A stretch of 64,000 nucleotides of DNA, taken from NCBI GenBank assembly GCA_004764695.1, contig SMSO01000007.1, positions 1,054,001 through 1,118,000 on the forward strand, given 5' to 3'. Source of the stretch: Schizochytrium sp. TIO01 (Eukaryota; Protista; Bigyra: Labyrinthulomycetes). The position numbers were made by a program, and so were the translations under genes. Shown here piece after piece: positions 35,682 to 45,658 of this stretch (position 1 is the first letter of the stretch; every line of letters starts with the position of its first letter). The notes beneath the pieces are model-generated. The model was not told the DNA's origin. It saw only the letters and a program-made list of their open reading frames with translations, and searched no databases.

Positions 35682-36878
35682 ATGGCAACGCCATTTAGGG
35701 AACGCCAGACCAATGCGAATGTGGGTGTCGCTCAAGATGGCGTTCCCTGGCCACCCCCGCCGACTACTGCAAAGAAAGCGAGGCGACCAAGGGCGGCGGC
35801 GAACAACGCAAGCTCTTCTTCTTCTTCCTCCATTAGCCATGACCTTGAAAATGAAACAGGGCGACAAGAAGAAAATCGTGGTTCTTCAACCAAGCTCCTC
35901 GAACAGCTGATTTCAACGGTGGGTCAACTGGAAGAGAGCATCAAAGGCCTGCATAAGGACTTGCGCAGAGGTGAGAAGCGCATGAGGCGCATGGAGCACG
36001 TTGTTTCCACGCTGGTAGAAGCTACCGGACAGGATTTCGCTCAAATCCAGGAAAGGCTCAAGGCGGATAACGAGAGGCTCCGCAAGGTCTTCAAAAAGAC
36101 ATTACCCTTCGTACAGCTCAGTAGTGCAGATGAACAAGGGGGCAAGGAAATTGCTGCTCGAATCGGCGAGCTCGATCTCCCACACGAAGAGCACGAGGGA
36201 GCTGGCTTACAAATTAACCAGCTGGAGGTGGCTAGCATGAATAATGACGACAATGATGATGATGACTTTCATCACGGTGGGAATAGCGATCAAGAGCAAG
36301 AAGAAGAGGAGGAAGAGGAAGAAGACCAAGAGGAGAAGCAGAGGAAAATGTACGAAGCGTTAAAAGAGCCCTTTGATAAATGGTTCCTGGCTTCAGGCAG
36401 TCAACGCATTCCTATGGTGTTCACCTTTCTTGCTGCGAAGAACATGAATCCCCGGCCTTACAGCAATTCAAAATCAGGGAAAAGAAGGGATAAAGATATG
36501 AAAGAAAGGGCTGCTTTTGTTCAAAGGTACTATAAGAATAAAATGCAGAGACTGCCCCTTTGGAGCGAGCTGATCAAGGATTACTTGGATTACGCGGAGG
36601 CATCTGAGCACCGCGAGATTTCATTTCCTGCAAACTTCAATGCTTTCAGTGTCGATGCGGTCAACGCAGGTCTCAAACAGAGCTACGCAACGTTCCAGGC
36701 TCGGCTGATGGACTCTTTCCGCAAGACGGTTACCCTAAAGCACGAGAATGACGACCGTCTAAGACAAGAATGGACTGTTATCCTGGAGCACGTATTTGAG
36801 GAAAAAGAGCTCACCGTTCCGTTCCGCGCGGAGGAAGAACAAGAACAGTCTGATAGCAGTGACTCAGACGACGAATGA
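35682..36878 (+). CDS. Hypothetical protein with coiled coil and acidic tracts
   Basis: 398-aa intronless ORF with an ATG start. Confidence 0.75.
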   Translation: MATPFRERQTNANVGVAQDGVPWPPPPTTAKKARRPRAAANNASSSSSSSISHDLENETGRQEENRGSSTKLLEQLISTVGQLEESIKGLHKDLRRGEKRMRRMEHVVSTLVEATGQDFAQIQERLKADNERLRKVFKKTLPFVQLSSADEQGGKEIAARIGELDLPHEEHEGAGLQINQLEVASMNNDDNDDDDFHHGGNSDQEQEEEEEEEEDQEEKQRKMYEALKEPFDKWFLASGSQRIPMVFTFLAAKNMNPRPYSNSKSGKRRDKDMKERAAFVQRYYKNKMQRLPLWSELIKDYLDYAEASEHREISFPANFNAFSVDAVNAGLKQSYATFQARLMDSFRKTVTLKHENDDRLRQEWTVILEHVFEEKELTVPFRAEEEQEQSDSSDSDDE

Positions 36879-37019
36879 GTGAATGAATGACAATTTTAGA
36901 AATCAATTTTCCCCCTTTTTTAAAAATTTATCACCTTTAAAAATAACAGAAAGTAAGAACAAGTCTATTCATTCTTTCTTTTCTTTCTTTCTTTTCTTTC
37001 TTTCTTTCTTTCTTTCATC

Positions 37020-37505
37020 ATGACTAGCACCCAGGTAGCTACTACAACTACATCCAGCATCCAAGACAGAACGAGCACAATTACCGAGCTCCAGCGCCTC
37101 GGCGCGCTCGCGCGCTCAATTGAAGGGACAGAAGGAGCCTCGGACGGCACTTTGCAAAGCAACACAGACCGCCTCGGCACGCTCTGGCTGGGCGCAGCGG
37201 ACTTACTTTTTCGTTACCCAGCCAGTCTCTCTTCAATCCAGTCATCTAGCATGCTTAGTGCACACCTTGGTAGTGACCGAGATAGCTTGGTTGCATGGGC
37301 GGGCGCGCCTGACGCTTCTGTGACTGTGGATGAATACGAAGCAGACCTTCGCGCGATACAGAAAACTGTGGGTGAGACTAGGCGGGACCGCGTGCCCTCC
37401 ATTGTATCAATCGTCTCTCTGGTTGCTGTGGTCGCAGGTTTACTTGCTGCTTTCCTGATGCTTCAAAGAGAGTTACCTCGTTTACGGTGGACTGCTTTCT
37501 TTTAG
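37020..37505 (+). CDS. Hypothetical protein with C-terminal transmembrane helix
   Basis: 161 aa; hydrophobic segment IVSIVSLVAVVAGLLAAFLML. Confidence 0.7.
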   Translation: MTSTQVATTTTSSIQDRTSTITELQRLGALARSIEGTEGASDGTLQSNTDRLGTLWLGAADLLFRYPASLSSIQSSSMLSAHLGSDRDSLVAWAGAPDASVTVDEYEADLRAIQKTVGETRRDRVPSIVSIVSLVAVVAGLLAAFLMLQRELPRLRWTAFF

Positions 37506-37551
37506 GCATAATTCTTCTGAAAACACAAACAAAAACAAAAACAAAAACAAT

Positions 37552-38016
37552 TTAGTTATTGTCGCAGGTTCGAATCATCACCCTTTCAGGGGAGAAAGGC
37601 GAGTTTAGGTACTTGGATAACAAGCTACGGATCTCACTCTCCTCAAGCAAGGATGGGTACGCAGTGATTGTGACCTGCATATCTTTATGGTAGCGACCTT
37701 TACTCAGATCGTCCAGTAGTCTTCTTAGAAAGTCCCTGTCATTCAAAGCGATTTGGATTTTCTTCAGTTTTTTCAATTGATTGAAAGCGAAGTAATCTTC
37801 GAGTTCTTCATTATACAAAAGCTATCCTCTGTATAATGGGTTTCTCAGGATCATCATTTCGTGCGCGTTGAGTAGTTGCATCGCGCGACCGAAGAGAATT
37901 GAATCAGCTTGGTCGTCATCCTCCTCGTATTGCTCGAACTCGTTTCCGACGAGGAATTGAACCGCGTGAGGTGCCGGCCGCCCGGGCAGGCCACTCTTCA
38001 GGATATGATAAACCAT
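37552..38016 (-). pseudogene. Tandem paralog family copy 1, interrupted by an in-frame TAG
   Basis: MVYHILKSG...LYRG*LLYNEE...SPFSPERVMI; the TAG at 37824-37822 falls where copies 3 and 4 have Glu (LYSGEL). Confidence 0.8.
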
Positions 38017-38235
38017 GCCTTTCTTCTTCTTCTTCTTCTTCTTCTTCTTCTTTCAAGGGTCTGGAGATAATTTAGAGAATTCAACATTTTCTTTAATCTT
38101 TTTTTTTCTTCCTTCTTCTTTCATTGAGTAACCTAGCTAAGTCGCATTGGATGAAGTAACCTAGCTAGGTAGGTCCACACGGGAAATGAATGAATGAGTA
38201 ATGAGAGAGAAAGGTGGTGAGGGGGGGGGATTCAC

Positions 38236-38694
38236 TTAAGCGGTGGTCGCGTCTTCGATGATCACCCTTTCCTGCGAGAAAGGCGAGTTTGGGTCACTAT
38301 CCAGCATCTCACGAATGGCCTTTTCGTCGAGAAGACCCGGGTAAGTTGCAATCGTGACCTGCAAATCATCGGAATAGTCAATCATTTTCAGATCCCAAAG
38401 GAGTTGTCGCACAAACCTCTCGTCATCCAGTCTTATCCAAATCTTTTTGAGGTTAGGGAGCTCGTAGACCTCACGGAAAAATTCATGGATAGCTGCATCA
38501 TAAAAAAGTTGACCCACGTGAAGCTCTTGTTTGTAGATCTCCATTCTTGTACAATCCCTCATTCTCGTCACGTTCTCCTTGAACATTTCTTCGGTATAAT
38601 CATCGTTCTCGTCGGGTTCAAACCCGTCGTCACCAACTCCGAATGCAAAGCATGGGAGGCAAACACACCCGCCTTCAAGAAGATGGCAAACCAT
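38236..38694 (-). CDS. Tandem paralog family copy 2 (152 aa, unknown function)
   Basis: Intact ORF, clearly similar to 39646-40101 (YDA.I.EFF..VYELP..KKIWI.LDDE.FV..LL.DLKMI.YSDDLQVTIA.YPGLLDEK). Confidence 0.8.
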   Translation of the reverse strand: MVCHLLEGGCVCLPCFAFGVGDDGFEPDENDDYTEEMFKENVTRMRDCTRMEIYKQELHVGQLFYDAAIHEFFREVYELPNLKKIWIRLDDERFVRQLLWDLKMIDYSDDLQVTIATYPGLLDEKAIREMLDSDPNSPFSQERVIIEDATTA

Positions 38695-38955
38695 CGTGTT
38701 TTTGTTTGTTTGTTTTTTTTGTTTGACTTTCCTTTTTCCTGCAAACTTTCTTCCTTTTCTTCTCAGGGTAGATAATTTGGCAGGGTAATTATTCTTTCTG
38801 CAAACTTTCTTCCTTTTCTTCTCGGGCTGGATAATTTGGCAAGGTAATTATTTATTCTTTCTGTTCTTCCATAATTTCTTCTTTGTTAAGTAACCTAGCT
38901 AAGTCGCATCGGAAATGAAATGAGCGGTGAGAAGGGCCGGGAGGATCTTAGGAGA

Positions 38956-39410
38956 TCACTTAAGTGGTCTTGTTTCAATGATCACCCTTCCCTGAGAGAA
39001 AGGCGAGTTGCTGCCTGTGTACAGCATCTTGCGAATGGTCTTTTCATCGAGAAGACTCGGGTAAGCCGCAATCGTGACCTGCACATCATCGGAATATTCA
39101 ATCATTTTCAGATCCCCAATGAGTTCTCGTAAAAAGCTCTCGTCATTCAGTCTTATATAGATCTTTTTGAGTTCAGGGAGTTCGTAGACCTCCCGGAAAA
39201 ATTCTTTGATACCCGCATCATACCAAAGTTCACCTGAGTAAAGGTTGTTCCTGCAGATCAGCATTTCTTTACATTCCCTCTCATCACGTTCCGCTGGAAA
39301 AGTTCTTCGGGATAATCACCGTACTTGTCGAGCTCAAACCCTTCGTCGCCAATTTGGAATGAAAAGAGTGGGAAGCCCAAGTTTCCGCCTTGAAGAACAT
39401 GGTAAACCAT
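38956..39410 (-). pseudogene. Tandem paralog family copy 3, frameshifted
   Basis: ATG at 39410 (MVYHVLQGGNLGFPLFSFQIGDEG); a frameshift near 39280 separates it from the 102-aa C-terminal ORF. Confidence 0.8.
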
Positions 39411-39645
39411 CGTGTTTGCTTGTTTGTTTGTTTGTTTGTTTGTTTGTTTGTTTGTTTGTTTGTTTGTTTGTTTTTCCTAGTTTTTCTACAAACTCCTTCT
39501 CCTTTTCTTCTTAGGGTAGATAATTTGGCAAGGTGATTATTCTTTCTAAAAACTTTTTTTTCTTACTTCTTTTCTTTGTTATGGAACCTAGCTAAGTTGC
39601 ATTGAAATGAATGAATGAGTGACGAGGGAGATCTTAGGAGATCAC

Positions 39646-40101
39646 TTAAGCGGTCTTGTTTTCAATGATCACTCTTTCCTGGGAGAAAGGCGAGTCGTTG
39701 CCTCTATACAGCATCTTGCGAATGGTCTTTTCATCGAGAAGACCAGGGTAAGCTGCAATTGTGACCTGCAAATCATCGGAATATTCAATCATTTTCAGAT
39801 CCTCAAGGAGTTCTTGTACAAAACTCTCGTCATCCAGGCCTATCCAGATCTTTTTGACTCTAGGGAGTTCGTAGACCCCCTCGAAAAATTCTTTGATACC
39901 CGCATCATACGAAAGTTCACCTGAGTAAAGGCGGTTCCTAAAGATCAGCATTTCTTCACATTCCATCATCCTCCCCACGTTCTGCCGGAAAAGTCCTTCG
40001 GGGTAACCACCGTACTTGTTGAGCTTGAACCCTTCGTCACCAATTTGGAATGAAAAGATAGGTTGGCTGAAGCTTCCGCCTTGAAGAACATGATAAACCA
40101 T
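39646..40101 (-). CDS. Tandem paralog family copy 4 (151 aa, unknown function)
   Basis: Intact ORF; paralog of the three adjacent copies. Confidence 0.8.
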   Translation of the reverse strand: MVYHVLQGGSFSQPIFSFQIGDEGFKLNKYGGYPEGLFRQNVGRMMECEEMLIFRNRLYSGELSYDAGIKEFFEGVYELPRVKKIWIGLDDESFVQELLEDLKMIEYSDDLQVTIAAYPGLLDEKTIRKMLYRGNDSPFSQERVIIENKTA

Positions 40102-40104
40102 CGC

Positions 40105-40592
40105 GTTTGCTTGTTTGTTTGTTTGTTTGTTTGTTTGTTTGTTTGTTTGTTTGTTTGTTTGTTTGTTTGTTTGTTTGTTTGTTTGTTTGTTTGTTTGTTT
40201 GTTTGTTTGTTTGTTTGTTTGTTTGTTTGTTTGTTTGTTTGTTTGTTTGTTTGTTTGTTTGTTTGTTTGTTTGTTTGTTTGTTTGTTTGTTTGTTTGTTT
40301 GTTTGTTTGTTTGTTTGTTTGTTTGTTTGTTTGTTTGTTTGTTTGTTTGTTTGTTTGTTTGTTTGTTTGTTTGTTTGTTTGTTTGTTTGTTTGTTTGTTT
40401 GTTTGTTTGTTTGTTTGTTTGTTTGTTTGTTTGTTTGTTTGTTTGTTTGTTTGTTTGTTTGTTTGTTTGTTTGTTTGTTTGTTTGTTTGTTTGTTTGTTT
40501 GTTTGTTTGTTTGTTTGTTTGTTTGTTTGTTTGTTTGTTTGTTTGTTTGTTTGTTTGTTTGTTTGTTTGTTTGTTTGTTTGTTCGTTTGTTT
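40105..40592 (+). repeat. (GTTT)n microsatellite, ~120 units
   Basis: Near-perfect run immediately upstream of the copy-4 ATG. Confidence 0.98.
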
Positions 40593-40627
40593 TTCCTTTT
40601 TTTCTGTAAACTTTCTCTTTCCTTCTC

Positions 40628-41121
40628 AGGGCTCCTCTCTAACCGTCTAACCTGACGAGATCTTCCAACAACTGGAATTATTGTACTTCCATTTGTACCA
40701 ATTTTTGTAAGTTTGAAATTGTAGTTTGTTAAGGGAAATTGTAGTTTATGATAGTTGTACCATATTCTTAGGTAAGATTCCTGTAAATATACACCACCCG
40801 CAAAACTTTGTACTTCCATTTGCTCCAAGGGTCTGGGACTTTTGGTAGACCAGATCGACCTTGCTGAAATATGCCTATATTGCCAAAGGAGGGCTCCTCT
40901 AACCGTCTAACCTGACGAGGTCTTCCAACAACTGGAATTATTGTACTTCCATTTGTACCAATTTCTGTAAGTTTGAAATTGTGGTTTGTTAAGTGAAATT
41001 GTAGTTTATGATAGTTGTACCATAGTCGTAGGTAAGATTCCTGTAAATATACACCACTCCGCAAAACTTTGTACTTCCATTTGCTCCAAGGGTCTGGAGC
41101 TTTTGGTAGACCAGATCGACC
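40628..41121 (+). repeat. Direct repeat, two ~232-bp copies (40628-40860, 40890-41121)
   Basis: AGGGCTCCTCT...CCAGATCGACC occurs twice with few mismatches and a 29-bp spacer. Confidence 0.93.
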
Positions 41122-41346
41122 AAACGGTTTGCCATAGTTTTTGCGCGGCCGGGAACAGAGCTCTTCATGAAGAGCGATTTAGAAAAACGAGAAGGAAATC
41201 GGATAACTCCAGACTTTTTGATCTTTTGGGCTTCTCCAGATCCCAAACCAGAAATCCAGAGCTCTTTAGCATTGCATTTTCCTTTAAATTCACTTTCACG
41301 AGTTCTCGCATCTAGACATAAGAAAGAAATAGTACGTATAGAAACA

Positions 41347-42501
41347 ATGAGCGGAGATAAGCAAGAAGTTCAAGACACTGAGCAAGTGCAGCAGGTTTAC
41401 TCCAAGTATGCAAACCTCTCTCCTGCCATGCAGCGCCTAGTGCTCAACGATCCCATGGTGAAGAACGCTTCGCCGCGCCTGCTGGATATCTGGCACTACA
41501 CCAATCGCTTCATCGGAGCGGCAGGTTTTGTCTACCATGCGGCCCAAGTAGCGCGCATGTGTGGACTGGTTTTTCATTCTGCTGACGCTAAGCGTGATTT
41601 TCGTCGTCATCAGTTGGATACACATGGTATAAAGGGGTTAGATTGGGATAATATTCCCAAGTCGGAGGTTTTTCCAGGCCTTTTCGGTGAAAAATCCAGA
41701 CTCGACAACTTTGAAAACTCCATAGTATTACCAGTACCTGGTTCAGCGACCGGGGGAACTGTGACAATTTCCCCGGGGACCAATTCGACCAAGTTTCCTA
41801 TGCTTACTGAGAAGTTCGCTCGCCGCTTGATTTTGCGTTGCGGTCAGAAAGGCTTAGATAAGGACTACGCTGAGTTCCTCCTTGCCATGAATGATATTGT
41901 GGTGAAGGTTGCTACCGGTCAGTACGTGCAATCCGAAGAAGAGCAGGATCAACAGCCTCGGGGTACCAAGCGACCTGCTACCTGGCAGGAGGAACTGGAG
42001 TACCAGGAGCGTATGGAGGAGCTCAAATTAAAGAAAGCTCGTCGAGATGCCGAAGAAGCCCAGTTGAGGCAGATTCAGGCGGAGAATTTCTTCAAAATGA
42101 TGGCTGCCTATGGAGGTGACGAGTCTGACCGCGACAAGATCCACCGCATGGATTACCAACGCAATATCGTTTTCTCCATTGGTGATTCCTTGCTTCAGGA
42201 TATCAGGGGAGGTCACTCACAAATGCAGAGTGGCCAGCCTGTGCACACCATTATGGACGCCGAGCCTGCAGAAAGAGAAATTACCATTTCCGAAGTTGCT
42301 TTGCGATTGCTGGGACGCCCTGCACGCGACAAGGAACTTCCCAAGTTTGGAATGGCTGTGAGCAAACTCTATTTTGCTAAGTACGGCACCAAGCCTCCCA
42401 AGCGCAACCAGTTCGTGGATGGTGCGCCTCGCCAAGTCAATTCTTATACTACTAAGGACCTTGACCTTCTTGAGCAAGGCATTCATCAGTGTATCCAATA
42501 A
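41347..42501 (+). CDS. Giant-virus-type putative DNA-binding protein (KilA/Bro/MSV199-like architecture)
   Basis: MLTEKFARRLILRCG..DYAEFLL, then a coiled coil, then C-terminal ITISEVA..FGMAVSKLYFAKYG.KPPKR.QFVDG..RQVNSYT.KDLDLLE, a domain I recognise from nucleocytovirus proteins. Confidence 0.7.
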   Translation: MSGDKQEVQDTEQVQQVYSKYANLSPAMQRLVLNDPMVKNASPRLLDIWHYTNRFIGAAGFVYHAAQVARMCGLVFHSADAKRDFRRHQLDTHGIKGLDWDNIPKSEVFPGLFGEKSRLDNFENSIVLPVPGSATGGTVTISPGTNSTKFPMLTEKFARRLILRCGQKGLDKDYAEFLLAMNDIVVKVATGQYVQSEEEQDQQPRGTKRPATWQEELEYQERMEELKLKKARRDAEEAQLRQIQAENFFKMMAAYGGDESDRDKIHRMDYQRNIVFSIGDSLLQDIRGGHSQMQSGQPVHTIMDAEPAEREITISEVALRLLGRPARDKELPKFGMAVSKLYFAKYGTKPPKRNQFVDGAPRQVNSYTTKDLDLLEQGIHQCIQ

Positions 42502-42767
42502 AACTCTGCAAGTAGATAAATCGATGGAAAATTTCTAAACACTCAAATAAAACGAAAATGTAGTACCTCTAGATCTTCCTGCACCCAAAATTGAATTGGA
42601 GGAGAGTGATGAGTCATCCATGCGCCATCAAAATCCCCTTTCCACCTTCGGTTTTTCGTAGGTACCCTTTTATTTTGGTTCTCACCCCAAAGCAGACCGC
42701 TAACTAAGCTTAAATTTTCTTTTATAGATACGAAGGTGAGAGTGTGAAAGAAGAGGAGGGAGAGAAA

Positions 42768-44201
42768 ATGGGAAAGGGCAAACGCCGCCAAAGCCGCAAA
42801 CGCGGTGACGACAGTGCGACGACGAACGAGGGCGCGACGGGAGCCAAAGCGTCAGGCAGTCGCAGGGGTGTGCCGTTCCGGAAGGTCGGTATTGGGCGTT
42901 TAGATCCCGTCCCTGAGAATAACGCGATGGAGAATCAAGGCGCTTTGGACGATGCCGAGAGCAGGCGCCGCACAGCCCAACGAGTATATGATGATACGAC
43001 CAATAAGCTCCAAAGGATAGAGGAGAAGATCGAGCAACTTGAAGAGGCGGTCGATGAGGGCAACGAACAGGAGCTTTTTGACCAACTGCCTGAATATAAT
43101 CAACGCCGTTTTGGAAATGTTGATGGTTACTTCGCGTATTTATCCAAGAAAGATGAGTCTTTGACCAAAAAAATTCAAGTTCAAGGCGAAGTATTGAAGA
43201 CGGCCACTCAGGAGGTCCAAGACCTTAGGGCAGCACTCAGACTGATCACACACGGTGATAAGCGCTATGTTGAGGTCACTGGTTGGATCAACGGATCGAA
43301 ATATAGTACTGGCGTTCGTCAGAGCGTCTACTATGCCGCAGCTGATACAGGTGGAATGTACCTCACCTCGGTCGATGAAGAGCCTCACGATGCTCATCGA
43401 AATGCTATATACTATAATGGAGAAGACCTCAATTTTAAGCTTTTCTTTTGTGACGAAAAGGCGGCCAGAGAATTTACAGTCTTGATTTCCAACGGCCGGA
43501 GTCAGCGAGTGAACACGAAGATATCTAATTTGGAAAGTATACCCAACGAAGACCTCCGTAACATTCTTTACGACGATTATGATACTACGGATGAACCAGA
43601 CTCGCCTGGCATCTCCCACTCATCTTCAATCTCTAGCAAGACTTTGGCTGATTTGTCGAGTAACCTGGCCAAATTTCAATCCATTGAACGTTCTGATTTA
43701 GTGGCGCGTGGTAAAGCACAAGTCTGTCACCTTGTGGATAAGAGTCACGTTGGAAGCATCGAAGGTTTCTCTGATGATGACAACAATAAGCTATGCTTAA
43801 CCCCGACTCTTCACGCGAAGTTCGATGGGAATCGGAACAGGCACGGATATTCATCTGCCCCTGACATACTGATCGAGCACGTTGTTGCGCCGCGAGAGGG
43901 CCTCATTGTTTCCGCTCCGGGGTTAATTGAAAACCCTGGATTCACCGATGACCAACTACAGGAACGCGCTTTGGTCTGGCTCAAAGTGAACTTTCCTTAC
44001 AAAGAAGACTTCATTCTTTTTGGGAATCTACTCAAATTTGGTAGCATCGTTGATCCTGAGGAGGACCTAGAGTTGCGGTGTTGGGTTGTCTATACTTTTG
44101 TCCACGTTCTTGATAAAGATCAGTTTATAAAGAATATTGATTGGAAAGCAGAACGCACGAAGCAAGTATGGGAGGAACTGAGTTTTAATCAAAGCAATTA
44201 A
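42768..44201 (+). CDS. Coiled-coil plus Crinkler-type HNH-like nuclease effector
   Basis: AKFQSIE..KAQVCHLVDK..DDDNNKLCLTPTLHAKFDG..TFVHVLDKDQFIKNIDWKAERTKQVW; paralog at 63093-64000. Confidence 0.72.
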   Translation: MGKGKRRQSRKRGDDSATTNEGATGAKASGSRRGVPFRKVGIGRLDPVPENNAMENQGALDDAESRRRTAQRVYDDTTNKLQRIEEKIEQLEEAVDEGNEQELFDQLPEYNQRRFGNVDGYFAYLSKKDESLTKKIQVQGEVLKTATQEVQDLRAALRLITHGDKRYVEVTGWINGSKYSTGVRQSVYYAAADTGGMYLTSVDEEPHDAHRNAIYYNGEDLNFKLFFCDEKAAREFTVLISNGRSQRVNTKISNLESIPNEDLRNILYDDYDTTDEPDSPGISHSSSISSKTLADLSSNLAKFQSIERSDLVARGKAQVCHLVDKSHVGSIEGFSDDDNNKLCLTPTLHAKFDGNRNRHGYSSAPDILIEHVVAPREGLIVSAPGLIENPGFTDDQLQERALVWLKVNFPYKEDFILFGNLLKFGSIVDPEEDLELRCWVVYTFVHVLDKDQFIKNIDWKAERTKQVWEELSFNQSN

Positions 44202-44294
44202 CCGTCTGAACTTAAAAAATAAAAACAAATTACCACTAAGGCGGAATGTCTCCGGGTCGTCTATATTCTCAGCCAGTTTTGCAGACAGTCCGCT

Positions 44295-44360
44295 TCGCCA
44301 AGTCAATTCTTATACTACTAAGGACCTTGACCTTCTTGAGCAAGGCATTCATCAGTGTAT
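44295..44360 (+). repeat. 66-bp exact duplicate of 42429-42494 (3' end of the 41347-42501 gene)
   Basis: TCGCCAAGTCAATTCTTATACTACTAAGGACCTTGACCTTCTTGAGCAAGGCATTCATCAGTGTAT at both sites. Confidence 0.95.
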
Positions 44361-44612
44361 GTAGATAAAGAAGAAAAACAAAATCCTATTTTTCCCTTAC
44401 GTTCTTTTTATGATTTATCCCTTTTCCGCTATTGAAAACACCGTACTAGGGTCAATTAAGCAAAATAACTCCTCAACTACACCCATAATTTTTTTATCGA
44501 CCCAAATTTTCAGCTTGCTCAATTCATAGCAACTCTGTGGTGGTGTCTATATGGCGAGTTTTGGAAGAAATACACCTTGTTTTTAGCTTGCCACCCAGCC
44601 TTATAGTTTTCC

Positions 44613-45251
44613 CTATTGCTGCCAGCTCTCTAGCTGCCACAGGTAGTCACTTTTCATAGAAGTAGGGATTGTAGATGAGCGCGAATAAAGTTGAATTTTT
44701 TTCGTACTTTGGTCTACGCCGACATAAGCACCGGTCTGGCAGAGAGAGTGCGCGCAGTCACCGTCTGCAAGCCACAGATAAGCTTTCAAGGTATCCTGGT
44801 ACTCGAAGCGAAACTGGTCCAAAGCGCCGCCCGTCGCGCTTTGTTCAGGCAAAAAACTAAGCTGTTCTGAAGTAGTATCAACAAATCCTGTCACACCGAG
44901 ATTAGTTGCTGATCGAATTGCCACAGCTCGCTTTGCGCCCTGCCTTCCTGGAATGTCTTCAAATACGAATCGACCTGTCGTCGAGCCGTCGATCACAAGT
45001 GTCTCTGAAGATCCATTGAGACCGGCCCTTGCATCCAGAGCGACTGAGCGCAAGTAGAGCGGAGTTTCGCAAATGATTTCATTGTTTACTTTGCAAGGCC
45101 CTGAGTGGTTGCGAGTCGCAGCTGCTTGAAACACGAGTTCCTTTTCTTTGAGGAAAATGACCAGCGCACAAACGAATGTAAGCATGGAGACTCCCAGGGT
45201 CAGTACCTCTGCATGTGGCACCGTTCGCAAGGAGAAGAGGTCACTCTTCAT
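44613..45251 (-). CDS. Hypothetical membrane-anchored protein with a beta-rich C-terminal region
   Basis: N-terminal TM helix LTLGVSMLTFVCALVIFL; no firm family. Confidence 0.7.
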   Translation of the reverse strand: MKSDLFSLRTVPHAEVLTLGVSMLTFVCALVIFLKEKELVFQAAATRNHSGPCKVNNEIICETPLYLRSVALDARAGLNGSSETLVIDGSTTGRFVFEDIPGRQGAKRAVAIRSATNLGVTGFVDTTSEQLSFLPEQSATGGALDQFRFEYQDTLKAYLWLADGDCAHSLCQTGAYVGVDQSTKKIQLYSRSSTIPTSMKSDYLWQLESWQQ

Positions 45252-45658
45252 TTTTCTTCTTCTTCGTCGTTTTTGTGTTAATTAATTCTCCCTTTGTTTG
45301 TTTTACAGTTTCTGTTATTACACTAATTATATTAAAAACAAAACTTTGTGTATTTATTTATTCAACAGAGGATGGTTCTTGTGAATCGATTGTTGGGTCG
45401 GGCTGGACAGCAGCAGCGATCTCGCGTGCTTTGTGTTGGAATCAAACAAAGTATACCAGCGGAAGATAAAACTTTACCGCCCATATTCTTAAATGGATTT
45501 GATTTTTTTTTAATTTTACCCTTTCAATTAAATCCCAAAATAATTTGATATGAAGAGAAGAAAAGGGAGGTATTTATATTTTATACTTAAAGTTTTAAAA
45601 GGAAATTGAGAAATAAAAGAGAGAAAAGGGGGTTCTGCTTGTTCTTGTTCTTCTAGTG

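Noticed and set aside
40037-40828. ORFs with (FVCL)n or (KQTN)n
   Set aside because: Translations of the (GTTT)n microsatellite.
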